From the IMG/VR virus record IMGVR_UViG_3300031784_000003: a stretch of 64,000 bases of DNA. The stretch is one strand, 5' to 3'. The position numbers were made by a program, and so were the translations under genes. The notes beneath the pieces are model-generated. The model worked only from the letters and a program-made list of their open reading frames with translations, did not search any database and was not told where the DNA came from. Shown here in pieces: positions 40,701 through 50,548 of this stretch. This DNA is from a virus (Duplodnaviria; Caudoviricetes). Each line of letters begins with the position of its first letter. The stretch's first letter is position 1.

Positions 40701-43399
40701 TCCCGTTCAAAAATTTTAAAAAAGGGTTTTTAGAGTCTGTTTTTGATACCAAAGTATTTGATGGGGCGAGAGTAATTAATTTACCTAAATTATATGTTTA
40801 TTATATTGGGGCATTATTGTGGAGATATGAGGAATCTATAAATCTTGTGGATCCATTAAAATTCACTTTCTCAACAGGAAAAGATTATTCTAATTTTAGT
40901 TCTCCCGCAAATTCTTATTTATATAAGGTAGGACATAGATTAACCACAAATGTTACAACAGAACCATTAGAAGATGAATTAATTAATTTACCTAAATCGG
41001 TTAAAGATAAACTTATTAATAAATTTAAGAGTTGGGTGGATAGTGATAATTTTAACAATAGTAAAAATGGTTTTTTTGAAAGATCAGTAAAATTATATGT
41101 ACCTGATTTAATTACCCAAACTACCCTAACTACACAAGAACAAGATTTAGCTCAAAATAATATTTTTACTAAATTAAAAGAAACTACAGATTTAATTTTA
41201 TTGAATCCTGATATTTTTGATAATGTTAAGATTGCACAACTAAGTCAAAATAAAGGATTGATTGTAGATAAATCATTATTGAAAAAATATGTTAGTAATT
41301 TTAAACAAAAGTTTAATGAGGTAGGTAAAGAAAATGATAATGGTAAAAAAGAAGGTAATGAAGAAAAAAAAGATGATAATAAAAGTACAAATATTATAAA
41401 ATTACAACTTTATAATTATTTTAAAAATATAAGTAATAAATGGATAGGTAATAGCGGTTCTTTTAGTATATGTGGAGATTCTTCTGATAAAAATTTATTT
41501 GAATATTTTAAATTTATAGATAGAGGTTGGAGATTTATTGGGGATGAAGCAACATTTAATTTAAAAAGTTTTCTTTCTTTAGGTAGTAATTTAAATACTA
41601 GTGTTTATTTCTTTATGTCTAAACTTTTAAGAGACAGTAATTTTCTTTTCCAAATATTACCTACATATATTAATTTTAAAAGTGCTACTGAAGTCGCTAA
41701 GATATTCCAACCACAAACGGTATTAGAAAATAATGATTCTTCAGGACCTATATTTTGTTGTATTTGGGTTGGTGGGGCATCACAAGCGTTAGATATTGGT
41801 GAGAGAAGTAATTATTATTTTAAAGATGACGGATTTAGTTTAACTACAGGTAATATTCCTTCAGATATTGTTGATGAAAATAAATCAGATACTATTAATA
41901 ATCAAGGTGATATTGATTTAGGTGATTCTTCTTTAGTCGCATTTAGAGTTTCATTTGGGGCACAAAATCAGACAGTTTTTAAAAATGTTTCATTAAGTCA
42001 ACAGGAACATAGAGAGACAGGGGAATATTTTAAAGCATTATCTGATTTAGTAGATAAAAGAGGTGGTACCCAAAAAGCATATGTAGGTACAGATTTATTA
42101 AGATTATTTAAAACTAGATCATATACTTGTAAAGTTGAGGCTATGGGATGTATGAATATACAACCATTAATGTATTTCGATTTACAAAATGTTCCATTTT
42201 TTAATGGTGCATATCTTATAACTAGTGTTAGCCATAACATAACACCAAACCAAATGTCTACTAGTTTTGAGGGGTTAAGACAATCAAAATATATAACATC
42301 ACCTTCAAAACAGATTACTGCGGATTTAGATATAGATTTAAATGAAAGTAGTGAGACACCAAAAATAGAGTTCACTAATCTTAATAATAAAAATGAAATA
42401 TTTAGTATAGGTGTTTTAAACCCTACAGATTTATTTGATTATCAGAAAAACTTTGGTGTTGGTACTGTAGCAAATGTGGATGAGGGTGTTAATAAATTTA
42501 AAAATATTGGTGTTACTACTTTTACTGATCAAAAATTAAGAGAAGTAATAAATGATTTAGAAAGTAAAATGAAATTCAATAACATTTTGACTAATTCACA
42601 AGTTACTATGTTTTTATCTGCAATTCTTTCTAATTCAGAAAATTTATCCAAAAGTGAAATTTCTTGGGATGTGGAAAACAAAGAGACATATGTAGATAAA
42701 TTCCCTAGTACTGATCCTATAAATCCTGATAAAATTAAATATTACGGAAAATCAAATTCTTCAGATAAATATTTGTCATATTTACCTATTTTTACGGGTG
42801 GGTCAGTTAACAATATTGCTTATGACGGTAAATTTCCTGGTAACGATACATTAAAAGAGTATTCAATAAATGATCAGATTGAAGGAAGAAAACAAGATAT
42901 AAATAATAGGATATCTAAATTAGATGTTAATGACCCAAAACAAAAATCTGAAAAAGATACTTTAGAAAAAGAATTAAAAGATTTAACTAAACAGGAAGAA
43001 AATTTAATTAAGACTACTAAATATTATAACATATTTGAGGGTGATGCCTATAGATATAAACCTAGAGGTTATTTATATGTTATTGGTAGAAAACAATACT
43101 ATGATATATATGGTGACTCAGGTTTGGCAGAACCTACAATTGCATCATCAGGAGAACCTTCTACTATATTGACTAGTTTAAAAGTTTGGAATTATTTAAA
43201 AGATGGTGATAAAAATGCGTATGATTATTCTTCATTACCATCTGGTTCGGCATCAATATATAGTAAGTGTATAAATTTAACACATCAATATAGTCCAAAG
43301 GGGTTAGAAAATGCCTTTACTACTTTTGAAAAAGTATTGACTACCTTTGTTGATAAAAATAATCAACCACTTATTAATTATTTTAATCCAGGACCTTAA
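37769..43399 (+). CDS. Giant baseplate hub protein (gp27/VgrG-like) with a C-terminal degenerate GH19-like domain
   Basis: FGIKSIDIKY…VDITFTD N-terminal hub motif; CKVEAMG…IQP…NGAYLITSVSHNI hub C-terminal motif; GDAYRYKPRGYLYVIGRKQY GH19-like motif. Confidence 0.65.
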   Translation: MDPKVDKIGKAFIVDPNPPGMEIVPPEDLFIYVKFSAYPRSRVTYGGENKTFNSGIEDEVHFISTNLKYNSQTGKLDPTLQKSYATTDWTNIGGFSKDVKSRSAGALEGFGIKSIDIKYNSSLVPTVDITFTDVRGGALFDVIKDDDRLSPYSIFFKMPYPVFNLSIKGYFGQKVDFCLHMVNWTSSFDGSTGNFDISANFLGFQQAFLNDMVLGNIIGVINTPEGYNKLNKIYDESNSQIGSSDLNGKTLEEIRKNGDLNIRKIDDFFTQISKLQVQSEIIKTDLDSFKLLKDLNGKLSLLKTIRTFIGSPILKEAENNSNGSSQKNQQTKSYLETDNRKDQIQTSPIKDDELIINNNYLSIRDYIIFNSVNRLAFKSYVSTLNSIILKYQEYINTTEKTVKDEVKDKNLIESFKSIGDENNWENFIVSPTLNASGKPDFKKLQNVLEDLYTSGSTIYLIKPYVGGPEVNTGFDVGSFIKRVNERNFYAPKTKLLESTNVLIADFRKQRTLLEDIIIDLESIIKVQKEKVQEELNKKLLENFRSELKVNFDPTIGKCFEIIANNTQAMVETVYDISQAAEQKSISSNRQSVLKTYETDVPTGIDGVAWPSIYQKNDKGDIQEIYVGEITGVNTSDFPEWDFVERVFENLVGKTKQLEDVSKSSILKNGLDTDNWFPINPIDYSINPWIKLNSLNDVKKIGNELVEKFFTRIALLDNYTRYSPNTGLKDIDSYARLESIAANKTIFSEKARQIISNILIDIDTQINATGSIFVPDDKFDLKKCKFYTDFILEEPNNYIISEENSFQKIGNFKISGTFSDKVDYILFDDPSIINNSKKLFQEIKDDETYRKFADKKSSPPSKEFKTNLFFKNFISSANNLTTYNSFNVWFDDVCNNILKSSDNEILGNLNKCKIIDFNPGLSTLNNSSGSTYNSKYINMTYFRQNTNTSVDYEDIMTYSELYDKQSSNYARALLLLSTFPFKNFKKGFLESVFDTKVFDGARVINLPKLYVYYIGALLWRYEESINLVDPLKFTFSTGKDYSNFSSPANSYLYKVGHRLTTNVTTEPLEDELINLPKSVKDKLINKFKSWVDSDNFNNSKNGFFERSVKLYVPDLITQTTLTTQEQDLAQNNIFTKLKETTDLILLNPDIFDNVKIAQLSQNKGLIVDKSLLKKYVSNFKQKFNEVGKENDNGKKEGNEEKKDDNKSTNIIKLQLYNYFKNISNKWIGNSGSFSICGDSSDKNLFEYFKFIDRGWRFIGDEATFNLKSFLSLGSNLNTSVYFFMSKLLRDSNFLFQILPTYINFKSATEVAKIFQPQTVLENNDSSGPIFCCIWVGGASQALDIGERSNYYFKDDGFSLTTGNIPSDIVDENKSDTINNQGDIDLGDSSLVAFRVSFGAQNQTVFKNVSLSQQEHRETGEYFKALSDLVDKRGGTQKAYVGTDLLRLFKTRSYTCKVEAMGCMNIQPLMYFDLQNVPFFNGAYLITSVSHNITPNQMSTSFEGLRQSKYITSPSKQITADLDIDLNESSETPKIEFTNLNNKNEIFSIGVLNPTDLFDYQKNFGVGTVANVDEGVNKFKNIGVTTFTDQKLREVINDLESKMKFNNILTNSQVTMFLSAILSNSENLSKSEISWDVENKETYVDKFPSTDPINPDKIKYYGKSNSSDKYLSYLPIFTGGSVNNIAYDGKFPGNDTLKEYSINDQIEGRKQDINNRISKLDVNDPKQKSEKDTLEKELKDLTKQEENLIKTTKYYNIFEGDAYRYKPRGYLYVIGRKQYYDIYGDSGLAEPTIASSGEPSTILTSLKVWNYLKDGDKNAYDYSSLPSGSASIYSKCINLTHQYSPKGLENAFTTFEKVLTTFVDKNNQPLINYFNPGP

Positions 43400-43426
43400 C
43401 ATTTTAAAAAAATATTATTATATTTG
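43396..43426 (+). promoter_or_regulatory. Bacteroidota-type -7 element (TATATTTGCA)
   Basis: TATATTTG at 43419-43426 and ATG at 43431; the -33 element is weak (TTAAC). Confidence 0.55.
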
Positions 43427-43430
43427 CACT

Positions 43431-44030
43431 ATGTATTTTGGAAATATAATATCTAATTCCCCTATTAGTATAGAAGGGTTCAAAAATTATGGTAAGGATG
43501 ATTTAATTAATAACGATTTACCTATTTTAATTATTGGTTGGGATTTAGTTAAAGAAATGTATGGTAATAAAGTTTCCATTTTACATAAATCTATTAATTT
43601 AAAAACATATTGGACATTTAATTCTAAAGAGAGGAAGGCAGATTTTGAAACAGATATAGAATCTTTTAAGGAATTTTGTTACAATAGTTTTGGTGATAAC
43701 ATACCTTATGTTTATTTAGATATTTTATATGGTAAAAAAAACGTTAATAAAAAAATAATTAAAAAAATTTTAACGTTAGTAAAACCATATGTGTATGTAT
43801 CAGATAATAATATGGTTTATATATTCGGTGATAATATAATTTTTGGAATTGATTTAAACATTTTAGATTATTTTGACGGTAAAAAAGAAAAAACGTTAAG
43901 GGTGATAAATAATTTAAATTCTGCCGTTTTGATAGATTCTGAGATATTTAATAAATACAGGGATTTTTTATATAAAATAAAAAATAAAAACAGATTAATC
44001 CCGTATATTATTAAAAATGGAAACGACTAA
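43431..44030 (+). CDS. Hypothetical protein
   Basis: The track start at 43347 overlaps the hub gene; ATG 43431 (MYFGNII) after the promoter is preferred. Confidence 0.65.
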   Translation: MYFGNIISNSPISIEGFKNYGKDDLINNDLPILIIGWDLVKEMYGNKVSILHKSINLKTYWTFNSKERKADFETDIESFKEFCYNSFGDNIPYVYLDILYGKKNVNKKIIKKILTLVKPYVYVSDNNMVYIFGDNIIFGIDLNILDYFDGKKEKTLRVINNLNSAVLIDSEIFNKYRDFLYKIKNKNRLIPYIIKNGND

Positions 44031-44430
44031 AATTATAACATTAGCATCTTTTGTATATATAGATAAAATCGAATCATTCAAAAAGTATCTACAAAAAAGA
44101 TTTAAAATAAATTACGAAAACATATTTCAGTATTCATTCTATGATGATAGTAAAAAAATACTAACATATAGAATACCTTTAAAGAATGAAAATAAAATAG
44201 ACATATCTAGTCTAATACCACCCACAATTATTGTACACAAAAAGGGTGAATGTTTTTACACTATTAACGCTCTGAATAAACTTATTGAATTTATTTACAA
44301 TTTAGATAGTGGTAATATAAATCACTTAGAGTATAAAATAGAATGGGATAACTATCAAAATAAAATAATTCTTATTAAGAACGATGAATTAAAAATAATA
44401 GACATTATTAAAGATTTTTCTGAAAAATAA
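44017..44430 (+). CDS. Hypothetical protein
   Basis: 137 aa; overlaps the upstream stop. Confidence 0.65.
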   Translation: METTKIITLASFVYIDKIESFKKYLQKRFKINYENIFQYSFYDDSKKILTYRIPLKNENKIDISSLIPPTIIVHKKGECFYTINALNKLIEFIYNLDSGNINHLEYKIEWDNYQNKIILIKNDELKIIDIIKDFSEK

Positions 44431-44455
44431 GATATTTATTAATAAAAATAAAGTT

Positions 44456-44644
44456 ATGGAAGATAATAAAAATAAAAAATCTACAGAAAACTTAGGGAAA
44501 AAATTAGATGATTTTTTAACTAATAAAAAAACACAATCTAAAGAGTGTGTAGGTGATGAATGTCTGATTAATGACGGAAAAGAAATTGTTGAAAGAGTAA
44601 ATAAAGTTTACAAAACTAATGATGGTAGACAACTTTTAATGTAA
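44456..44644 (+). CDS. Small hypothetical protein
   Basis: 62 aa; preceded by ATATTTAT at 44432-44439. Confidence 0.6.
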   Translation: MEDNKNKKSTENLGKKLDDFLTNKKTQSKECVGDECLINDGKEIVERVNKVYKTNDGRQLLM

Positions 44645-44651
44645 TATATAT

Positions 44652-45404
44652 ATGAACAATAAAAAAAAATTTATTTTAGAGGATTTAAAAAGATATAAAC
44701 AACTTTTGGAATACACTTTTTATGTTCCAGAAGAAAAAGAAGATGATTTAGATGGTGATTTACTATTAGATGATTCTTTTTTAACGGAACAAGATCCTGC
44801 AGGTGACGATCCTTTTATGGATGTTGCCGATCCTGAAGCTGGTGATACAGAAAAAGAAGAACCTGCTGGACAAGCACCTGCTGGAGATACAGAAAAAGAA
44901 GAACCTGAGGGACAAGCACCTGCTGGTGATGAACCTGTTGAAGATGAAGAACCAGAAATAGAAGATGAATTTGCCGATACTGAAGGTGTAGGGGACACTT
45001 CCGAAGATGAGGATACTGTTGAAGTTGATGTAACTGATTTGGTTGATAATACTGAAGAAACTAAAAAATCGGTTTCAGATGTTAGCGATAAAATGGAAGA
45101 ATTACTTTCTAAATTATCAGAATTGGAAAATCAAATATCTGGTATGGATGAAGTCATTAGTAAAATTGATTCGTTAGAAAAAGAAATAGAAAAAAGAAAC
45201 CCAACACCTGTTGAAAAATTAGAAATGAGATCGATGCAAGATTTTAACTTCCCATATAGTGTTAAGTTAAAAGATTTTTGGTCAGATAAAGAAGGTTATG
45301 AAGCAACTAATGATTCAGAAGAAGAATTTATTTTAAGACAAAGTGATGTTGAGAATTTTGACAGAAATGAAATAAAAGCCTCTTTTGATTACCCTAAAAA
45401 ATAA
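44652..45404 (+). CDS. Highly acidic coiled-coil protein (possible prohead core/scaffold)
   Basis: ILEDLKRYKQLL tag, D/E-rich low-complexity middle, and a coiled coil (MEELLSKLSELENQI…). Confidence 0.55.
   Translation: MNNKKKFILEDLKRYKQLLEYTFYVPEEKEDDLDGDLLLDDSFLTEQDPAGDDPFMDVADPEAGDTEKEEPAGQAPAGDTEKEEPEGQAPAGDEPVEDEEPEIEDEFADTEGVGDTSEDEDTVEVDVTDLVDNTEETKKSVSDVSDKMEELLSKLSELENQISGMDEVISKIDSLEKEIEKRNPTPVEKLEMRSMQDFNFPYSVKLKDFWSDKEGYEATNDSEEEFILRQSDVENFDRNEIKASFDYPKK
44838..44930 (+). repeat. 42-bp tandem repeat (2 copies + partial)
   Basis: Encodes AGDTEKEEP(A/E)GQAP twice, then AGD. Confidence 0.9.
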
Positions 45405-45424
45405 AAAAATATCTGTTTTAAAAG

Positions 45425-45454
45425 AACCTCACTAACAAAGTGGGGTTTTTTTTT
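45425..45454 (+). terminator. Intrinsic terminator
   Basis: AACCTCACT-AACAA-AGTGGGGTT followed by a T run. Confidence 0.8.
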
Positions 45455-45463
45455 CTAAAATAA

Positions 45464-45495
45464 TTTGACTTTAGTACAATTTATTCGTAATATTG
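45464..45495 (+). promoter_or_regulatory. Bacteroidota-type promoter for the SSB/recombination/replication operon
   Basis: TTTG at 45464-45467, a 20-nt spacer, then TAATATTG at 45488-45495 (one mismatch to TAnnTTTG). Confidence 0.6.
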
Positions 45496-45524
45496 TCTAT
45501 TATTAATCATTAAAAAAAATAAAA

Positions 45525-46436
45525 ATGAGTAAAACTTTAGATGCAATTTTATCCCAGTATGAAAAAAATACTGAAGATAAGAAAACTACTACTAAGTTGT
45601 CTAATGAAGACAGACTGAAAAAGTATTTTAGTGAAAAGTTACCTAAAGGTGTAAAATCACAAACTAAAAGATTTAGGATTTTACCTAAAAAAGATGGGAC
45701 TTCCCCATTTACTGAGGTATACTATCACGAAAAACTTGTTAATGGTAAGTGGGATAAAATTTATTGTAACCATTTAAATGATGGGGATCATTGTCCTTTA
45801 TGTGAGGCAAAGGATGCACTTTATGAAGATGGTTCTGAGAGAGCTAAAAAATTGGCAAAAGAATTTATTGCTAGAAAATTCTATGTTGTTAAAGGTATTG
45901 ACAGAGACAACGAAGAAGATGGTGTTAAATTTTGGAGATTTAAACATAAATATACTGGTGACGGTATTATGGATAAAATCATTCCATTATTTAAATTAAA
46001 AGGTGACATTAGTGATCCTAGAGAAGGTAGAGATATTATTATCACTACAGGTAAAAACGATAAAGGACATAGTGTGGTTAATTCTATTATGGCTGATGAT
46101 GCTACTATCTTAACAAAAGATAAGGAAAAGGCAAATGAGTGGTTTAATAACGAAGAAACACACAAAGATGTTTACTCTAAAAAATCTCAAGAGTATTTGG
46201 ATATTGTAGCAACAAATAAGACACCTATTTGGGATTCTGAACAAAAGAAATTTGTTGCTGAAGAAGACAAAGAAGAAAAAGAAACTGCATCATTGAGTGA
46301 AGAAATCAATATGATGAAATCTGAAACATTAAAACCAAAAGAATTAAATATTACTGATAATTCTGATGACGATGATGACGATGACACAACTTCATTCAGT
46401 TTAGAAAGTGATGATGACGATGAATTACCATTTTAA
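45525..46436 (+). CDS. gp32: Single-stranded DNA-binding protein (T4 gp32-like)
   Basis: RFRILP, YYH…YC…CPLC (His/Cys3 Zn pattern), KFWRF, and an acidic tail ending DDELPF. Confidence 0.88.
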   Translation: MSKTLDAILSQYEKNTEDKKTTTKLSNEDRLKKYFSEKLPKGVKSQTKRFRILPKKDGTSPFTEVYYHEKLVNGKWDKIYCNHLNDGDHCPLCEAKDALYEDGSERAKKLAKEFIARKFYVVKGIDRDNEEDGVKFWRFKHKYTGDGIMDKIIPLFKLKGDISDPREGRDIIITTGKNDKGHSVVNSIMADDATILTKDKEKANEWFNNEETHKDVYSKKSQEYLDIVATNKTPIWDSEQKKFVAEEDKEEKETASLSEEINMMKSETLKPKELNITDNSDDDDDDDTTSFSLESDDDDELPF

Positions 46437-46445
46437 TTTATAGTT

Positions 46446-47495
46446 ATGGCTAAGACACCATTAAAGAAAAAGGCATCTGATTTTTCGTCAATAAGAAAAA
46501 AGTTCTCTTCTAGTGATAAGTATAAAGAACAAAAATACTTTGATCTAGGAGAAGCTTTCCAAAAATCTACAGGATTACCAGGTCCTGCTATGGGTCAGAT
46601 TAACATGCTTTTAGGTCACTCGGATACTGGTAAAACAACTGCATTAATTAAAACTGCGGTAGATGCTCAGAAAAAAAATATATTACCTGTTTTTATTATT
46701 ACTGAACAAAAATTTAGTTTTGAACACGCTAAACAAATGGGTTTAGAAACTGAATATATTGAAGAAGTAGATGAAAAAACTGGTGAGGTTAGTGCATATT
46801 GGGATGGTTTTTTACTTTATAGATTAGGGTTTGATTATATTGAACAAGCGTTTGATTATGTAACAGAAGTATTAGACGCTCAAAAAAGTGGTGAAATTCC
46901 ATACGACATAGTATTCTTATGGGACTCAATCGGTACAATACCTTGTCAAATGAGTTTTGAGGGTAAAGGTGGTAATCAACATACTGCGAGAGTTATTTCA
47001 GAAAAATGGGGTATGGGGTTGGCTCAAAGAATTACATCTTCGAGAAAAGAAAGTTTCCCATATACTAATACTATGATTTTTGTAAACCAACCTTGGGTAG
47101 CGTTGCCAGACAATCCATTTGGACAACCTACTATACAACCTAAAGGTGGTAACTCAATTTACCTATCTTGTGCCTTAGTATTCTTATTCGGTAATCAAAA
47201 GAGTTCTGGTGTGTCTAAACTTTCTGCAACGAATAAAGGTAGAAAAGTTAACTTTGCAATTAGAACTAAGGTTGGTATCCATAAAAACCATATGAATGGT
47301 TTAGGTTATGCTGATAATAAGATATTGGCAACTACACACGGATTCATCGAAGATGATAAGAAGGCAATTGATGATTATAAATCCGATAACAAAGATTATT
47401 GGGCAGAAGTGTTCGATACTGTTGGGGATGAAGAATCATTTGATGTTGTAGAGGAGAATTTTATTGAATCTCCTGTTGATTATTCAGATGATTGA
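46446..47495 (+). CDS. uvsX: RecA/UvsX-like recombinase
   Basis: Walker A GHSDTGKT, ITEQKF, Walker B FLWDS, FVNQ, PKGG. Confidence 0.88.
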   Translation: MAKTPLKKKASDFSSIRKKFSSSDKYKEQKYFDLGEAFQKSTGLPGPAMGQINMLLGHSDTGKTTALIKTAVDAQKKNILPVFIITEQKFSFEHAKQMGLETEYIEEVDEKTGEVSAYWDGFLLYRLGFDYIEQAFDYVTEVLDAQKSGEIPYDIVFLWDSIGTIPCQMSFEGKGGNQHTARVISEKWGMGLAQRITSSRKESFPYTNTMIFVNQPWVALPDNPFGQPTIQPKGGNSIYLSCALVFLFGNQKSSGVSKLSATNKGRKVNFAIRTKVGIHKNHMNGLGYADNKILATTHGFIEDDKKAIDDYKSDNKDYWAEVFDTVGDEESFDVVEENFIESPVDYSDD

Positions 47496-47521
47496 TTGTT
47501 TAACCATTAAATAATGGTTTT

Positions 47522-48565
47522 GTGAAAATACCAAATAGAAAAACTAAAACATTTCAAAAAACACTTATTGTTGATGGAGACTCTCTGATTAAAACCGCCT
47601 ATCATGGGGCTAAAGATCTTTACTACAAAGATACTCATATAGGCGGAATTTTTCAGTTCCTAACAATGGTTAGGAAACTTATAAATGAGTATAAGTTTGA
47701 CAAAGTATATGTGTTTTGGGATGGACAATTTAGTGGTAGGTTAAGGTATGAAATTTATGAAGATTATAAATCTAACAGAGACAAAGATTTTTATAACGAT
47801 CAACCACCTTCAGAAATTGAATTGTATCTACAAAAAGAAAGAGTTAAATTTTATTGTGAAGAATTGTTTATAAGACAATATAGTGATGATATTATTGAGG
47901 CGGATGATTTAATTGGTTATTACGTAAAGAACATTTCAGAGGACGAAAAAGTTGTGATAATGACTAATGATAGAGATATGTGTCAATTAATCAATGAGAG
48001 AGTCGGAATTTATGTTATAAACTTAAAAAAGATAATCACTAAAGATAATTATTTGGACCACTTTAATCATCATTATAGTAATCTAAAATTAATCAAAATT
48101 ATATCTGGTGACGTTAGTGATAATATAAAAGGTATCACAGGTGTAAGTGAAAAAACTTTATTGAAATTTTTTCCCGAAATTAAAGAAAAAACTTTGACAT
48201 TGGAATATATTTTTAGTAAAATTAAAGATATACAAAAGGATAGAAAAAGTAATTTAAAATCGTTGGATAATATCATTAATAAAGTAACAAAGGGTAAACA
48301 AAAAGAAAAAATATTCGAAGTTAATGAAAAACTAATCGATTTAAGCAACCCTATTATTACAGAAAATATAAAATCAGATTTAGATTATTTAATGTCTACG
48401 ACAATTGATCCTGAAGGTAGAGAAATTAAAAATGTAATTAAAATGATGATGGAAGATGGTTTAATGATGGCAATACCAGGAGGACAAGATGGGTATTTAA
48501 ATTTTTTACAACCATTCCTTTCATTAATTAAAAAAGAAAAAAAATTTTATAACAGTTTAAAATGA
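47522..48565 (+). CDS. 5'-3' exonuclease/flap endonuclease (T4 RNase H-like)
   Basis: LIVDGDS, VFWDG, YKSNR, EADDLI, TNDRD, and the H3TH motif GDVSDNIKGITGVSEKT; GTG start. Confidence 0.92.
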   Translation: MKIPNRKTKTFQKTLIVDGDSLIKTAYHGAKDLYYKDTHIGGIFQFLTMVRKLINEYKFDKVYVFWDGQFSGRLRYEIYEDYKSNRDKDFYNDQPPSEIELYLQKERVKFYCEELFIRQYSDDIIEADDLIGYYVKNISEDEKVVIMTNDRDMCQLINERVGIYVINLKKIITKDNYLDHFNHHYSNLKLIKIISGDVSDNIKGITGVSEKTLLKFFPEIKEKTLTLEYIFSKIKDIQKDRKSNLKSLDNIINKVTKGKQKEKIFEVNEKLIDLSNPIITENIKSDLDYLMSTTIDPEGREIKNVIKMMMEDGLMMAIPGGQDGYLNFLQPFLSLIKKEKKFYNSLK

Positions 48566-49059
48566 GTACAAATATGAAAAAGAGTTATCAAAGTTACCCG
48601 TATGAATTCTTATTTATGATTAACGGTAATCCTATTGTTGGAAGAAATTTCCCAATAAAAAATTTTAATAGAGATAGTTTAAATTCTTTAGATTTAAAAT
48701 ATGTTATAGACGATGTAGTAGATGTAATTAAACTACACTTTAAGAACAATACTTATGAATATCTTTATAAATATTATAGTTATTTTGCAGAAAATATTAA
48801 TAATGAAGAATATGAAACAAAGGATATCTATGAAAATGAAGATTTCTTCACATTCCAAATTAAAGTTAATGGAAAAGTAGTTATTGAGAAAATTTTCACT
48901 GGAAATGACTTCCCACCAAAGGTAAGATATGATGTGGATATAAGAAAAATTATACCTAAAATCATCGAAATCATACAATATGGATTGAGTGAAAAAAATT
49001 ATATAAAAAATTATGGCGATTATGATTTAAACAAGATATTTATTAATAACCAAATCTAA
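48562..49059 (+). CDS. Hypothetical protein in the replication operon
   Basis: 165 aa; ATGA-coupled to the upstream gene. Confidence 0.7.
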   Translation: MSTNMKKSYQSYPYEFLFMINGNPIVGRNFPIKNFNRDSLNSLDLKYVIDDVVDVIKLHFKNNTYEYLYKYYSYFAENINNEEYETKDIYENEDFFTFQIKVNGKVVIEKIFTGNDFPPKVRYDVDIRKIIPKIIEIIQYGLSEKNYIKNYGDYDLNKIFINNQI

Positions 49060-49066
49060 AAACGTT

Positions 49067-50449
49067 ATGGCAAAAAATGAAAGTTCTAATTTAGGGTATT
49101 TAGGATATAGTTTTCAAGTAAAACTAGTTAAGCAATTAATTGAAGATCAAAAATTTTCGGAAAGTATTATCACTATAATCGATCCAAATTATTTTGATAA
49201 TGAGTATATGAGGTTAGTTGTTGCTAGTGTCAAAAATTATTATGAGAAATATGAAACCATACCGTCTTATGATACCATCTTTAACCTTATTAAAACTGAA
49301 GTAAGAAGAGAAATTGCAAGAGAATCAGCAAATGAGTTAATTAAAGAAGTTAAAGATTCAGATAATAAGGATTGTTTACACACACAAGACGTTGCCATTA
49401 AGTTTTGCAAACAACAAGAGCTTAAGAAGGCTACTTTAAAAATTCAGAAGATTTTAGATACAGGAGATTTTGATAGATACGATGAGTGTGAAGAAATAGT
49501 TAAACAAGCCATAACTGTTGGTACAGAAAAAGACGATGGTATAGATGTTTTTCATAATATTAAAAATGTTTTATCAGCGGATTTTAGAAGCCCAATCCCT
49601 ACAGGTTTAATTGGAATAGATAACCTAATGGGTGGTGGACTATCAAAAGGTGAGTTAGGAGTTATTTTGGCGGCGTTTGGTGTAGGTAAAACTACATTAA
49701 TCACTAGAATGGCGAATACTGCCTATAAGATGGGTAAAAATGTAGTACAAATCTTCTTTGAAGATAATGCAGAAGTAATACAAAGAAAACACTACACATG
49801 TTTTACTGAAATCCCTTTAAATGAATTAGAGGAAAGAAGTGATGAGGTAGAACAAAAGTTAACTAATTTTCAAGACTTAACAGGGAATTTAATATTGAAA
49901 AGAATGCCTAGTGATGGTACTACAATACCACACATTAGACAATATCTAAAAAAATTAATTTCTAATGGTGTAAAACCTGATGTTATTTTCTTAGACTACA
50001 TAGACTGTGTACAACCTACGAAACAATTTAAAGATGAGTTTAGTGGTGAAGGTAATGTAATGAGACAGTTTGAAACTATGTTATCTGAATTAGGTGTTGC
50101 TGGGTGGACTGCGGTACAAGGAAATAGAAGTGCGATTGGTGCTGAATTAGTGGAGGCTAATATGATGGGTGGATCCATTAAAAAAGGGCAAATTGGGCAT
50201 TTCATTTTATCTGCAGCTAAAACATTAGAACAAAAAGAAGAAGGTAGGGCAACTTTAGCGATACTTAAATCTAGGTTTGGTAAAGATGGTGTTGTATTTG
50301 AGGATATTTTATTCGATAATGGTACGTTAGTTATTGATACTAGTGATAGTAGAGATGTTACTTTATTAGAACATGATAAAATATCAAAACAAAAAGATTC
50401 TAAATTTATTCAAGAAACATTAAACAAAAAAAGGGAATCATTTAATTAA
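49067..50449 (+). CDS. dnaB: Replicative DNA helicase (DnaB/T4 gp41-like)
   Basis: Walker A AFGVGKT, Walker B FLDY, TAVQGNR, KSRFG. Confidence 0.92.
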   Translation: MAKNESSNLGYLGYSFQVKLVKQLIEDQKFSESIITIIDPNYFDNEYMRLVVASVKNYYEKYETIPSYDTIFNLIKTEVRREIARESANELIKEVKDSDNKDCLHTQDVAIKFCKQQELKKATLKIQKILDTGDFDRYDECEEIVKQAITVGTEKDDGIDVFHNIKNVLSADFRSPIPTGLIGIDNLMGGGLSKGELGVILAAFGVGKTTLITRMANTAYKMGKNVVQIFFEDNAEVIQRKHYTCFTEIPLNELEERSDEVEQKLTNFQDLTGNLILKRMPSDGTTIPHIRQYLKKLISNGVKPDVIFLDYIDCVQPTKQFKDEFSGEGNVMRQFETMLSELGVAGWTAVQGNRSAIGAELVEANMMGGSIKKGQIGHFILSAAKTLEQKEEGRATLAILKSRFGKDGVVFEDILFDNGTLVIDTSDSRDVTLLEHDKISKQKDSKFIQETLNKKRESFN

Positions 50450-50548
50450 TGTGATTTTTTTGAAAAAAAATGAGTTATTTTATAGGTCATATAGGAATCT
50501 ACACACTAATAAATAATTAATAATAAAAATTAAAAAAAGTATTAAAAA

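Noticed and set aside
50450-50548. NrdR box or cobalamin riboswitch upstream of nrdJ
   Set aside because: No convincing palindromic NrdR box, and the AT-rich 99-bp gap is too short and unstructured for a riboswitch.
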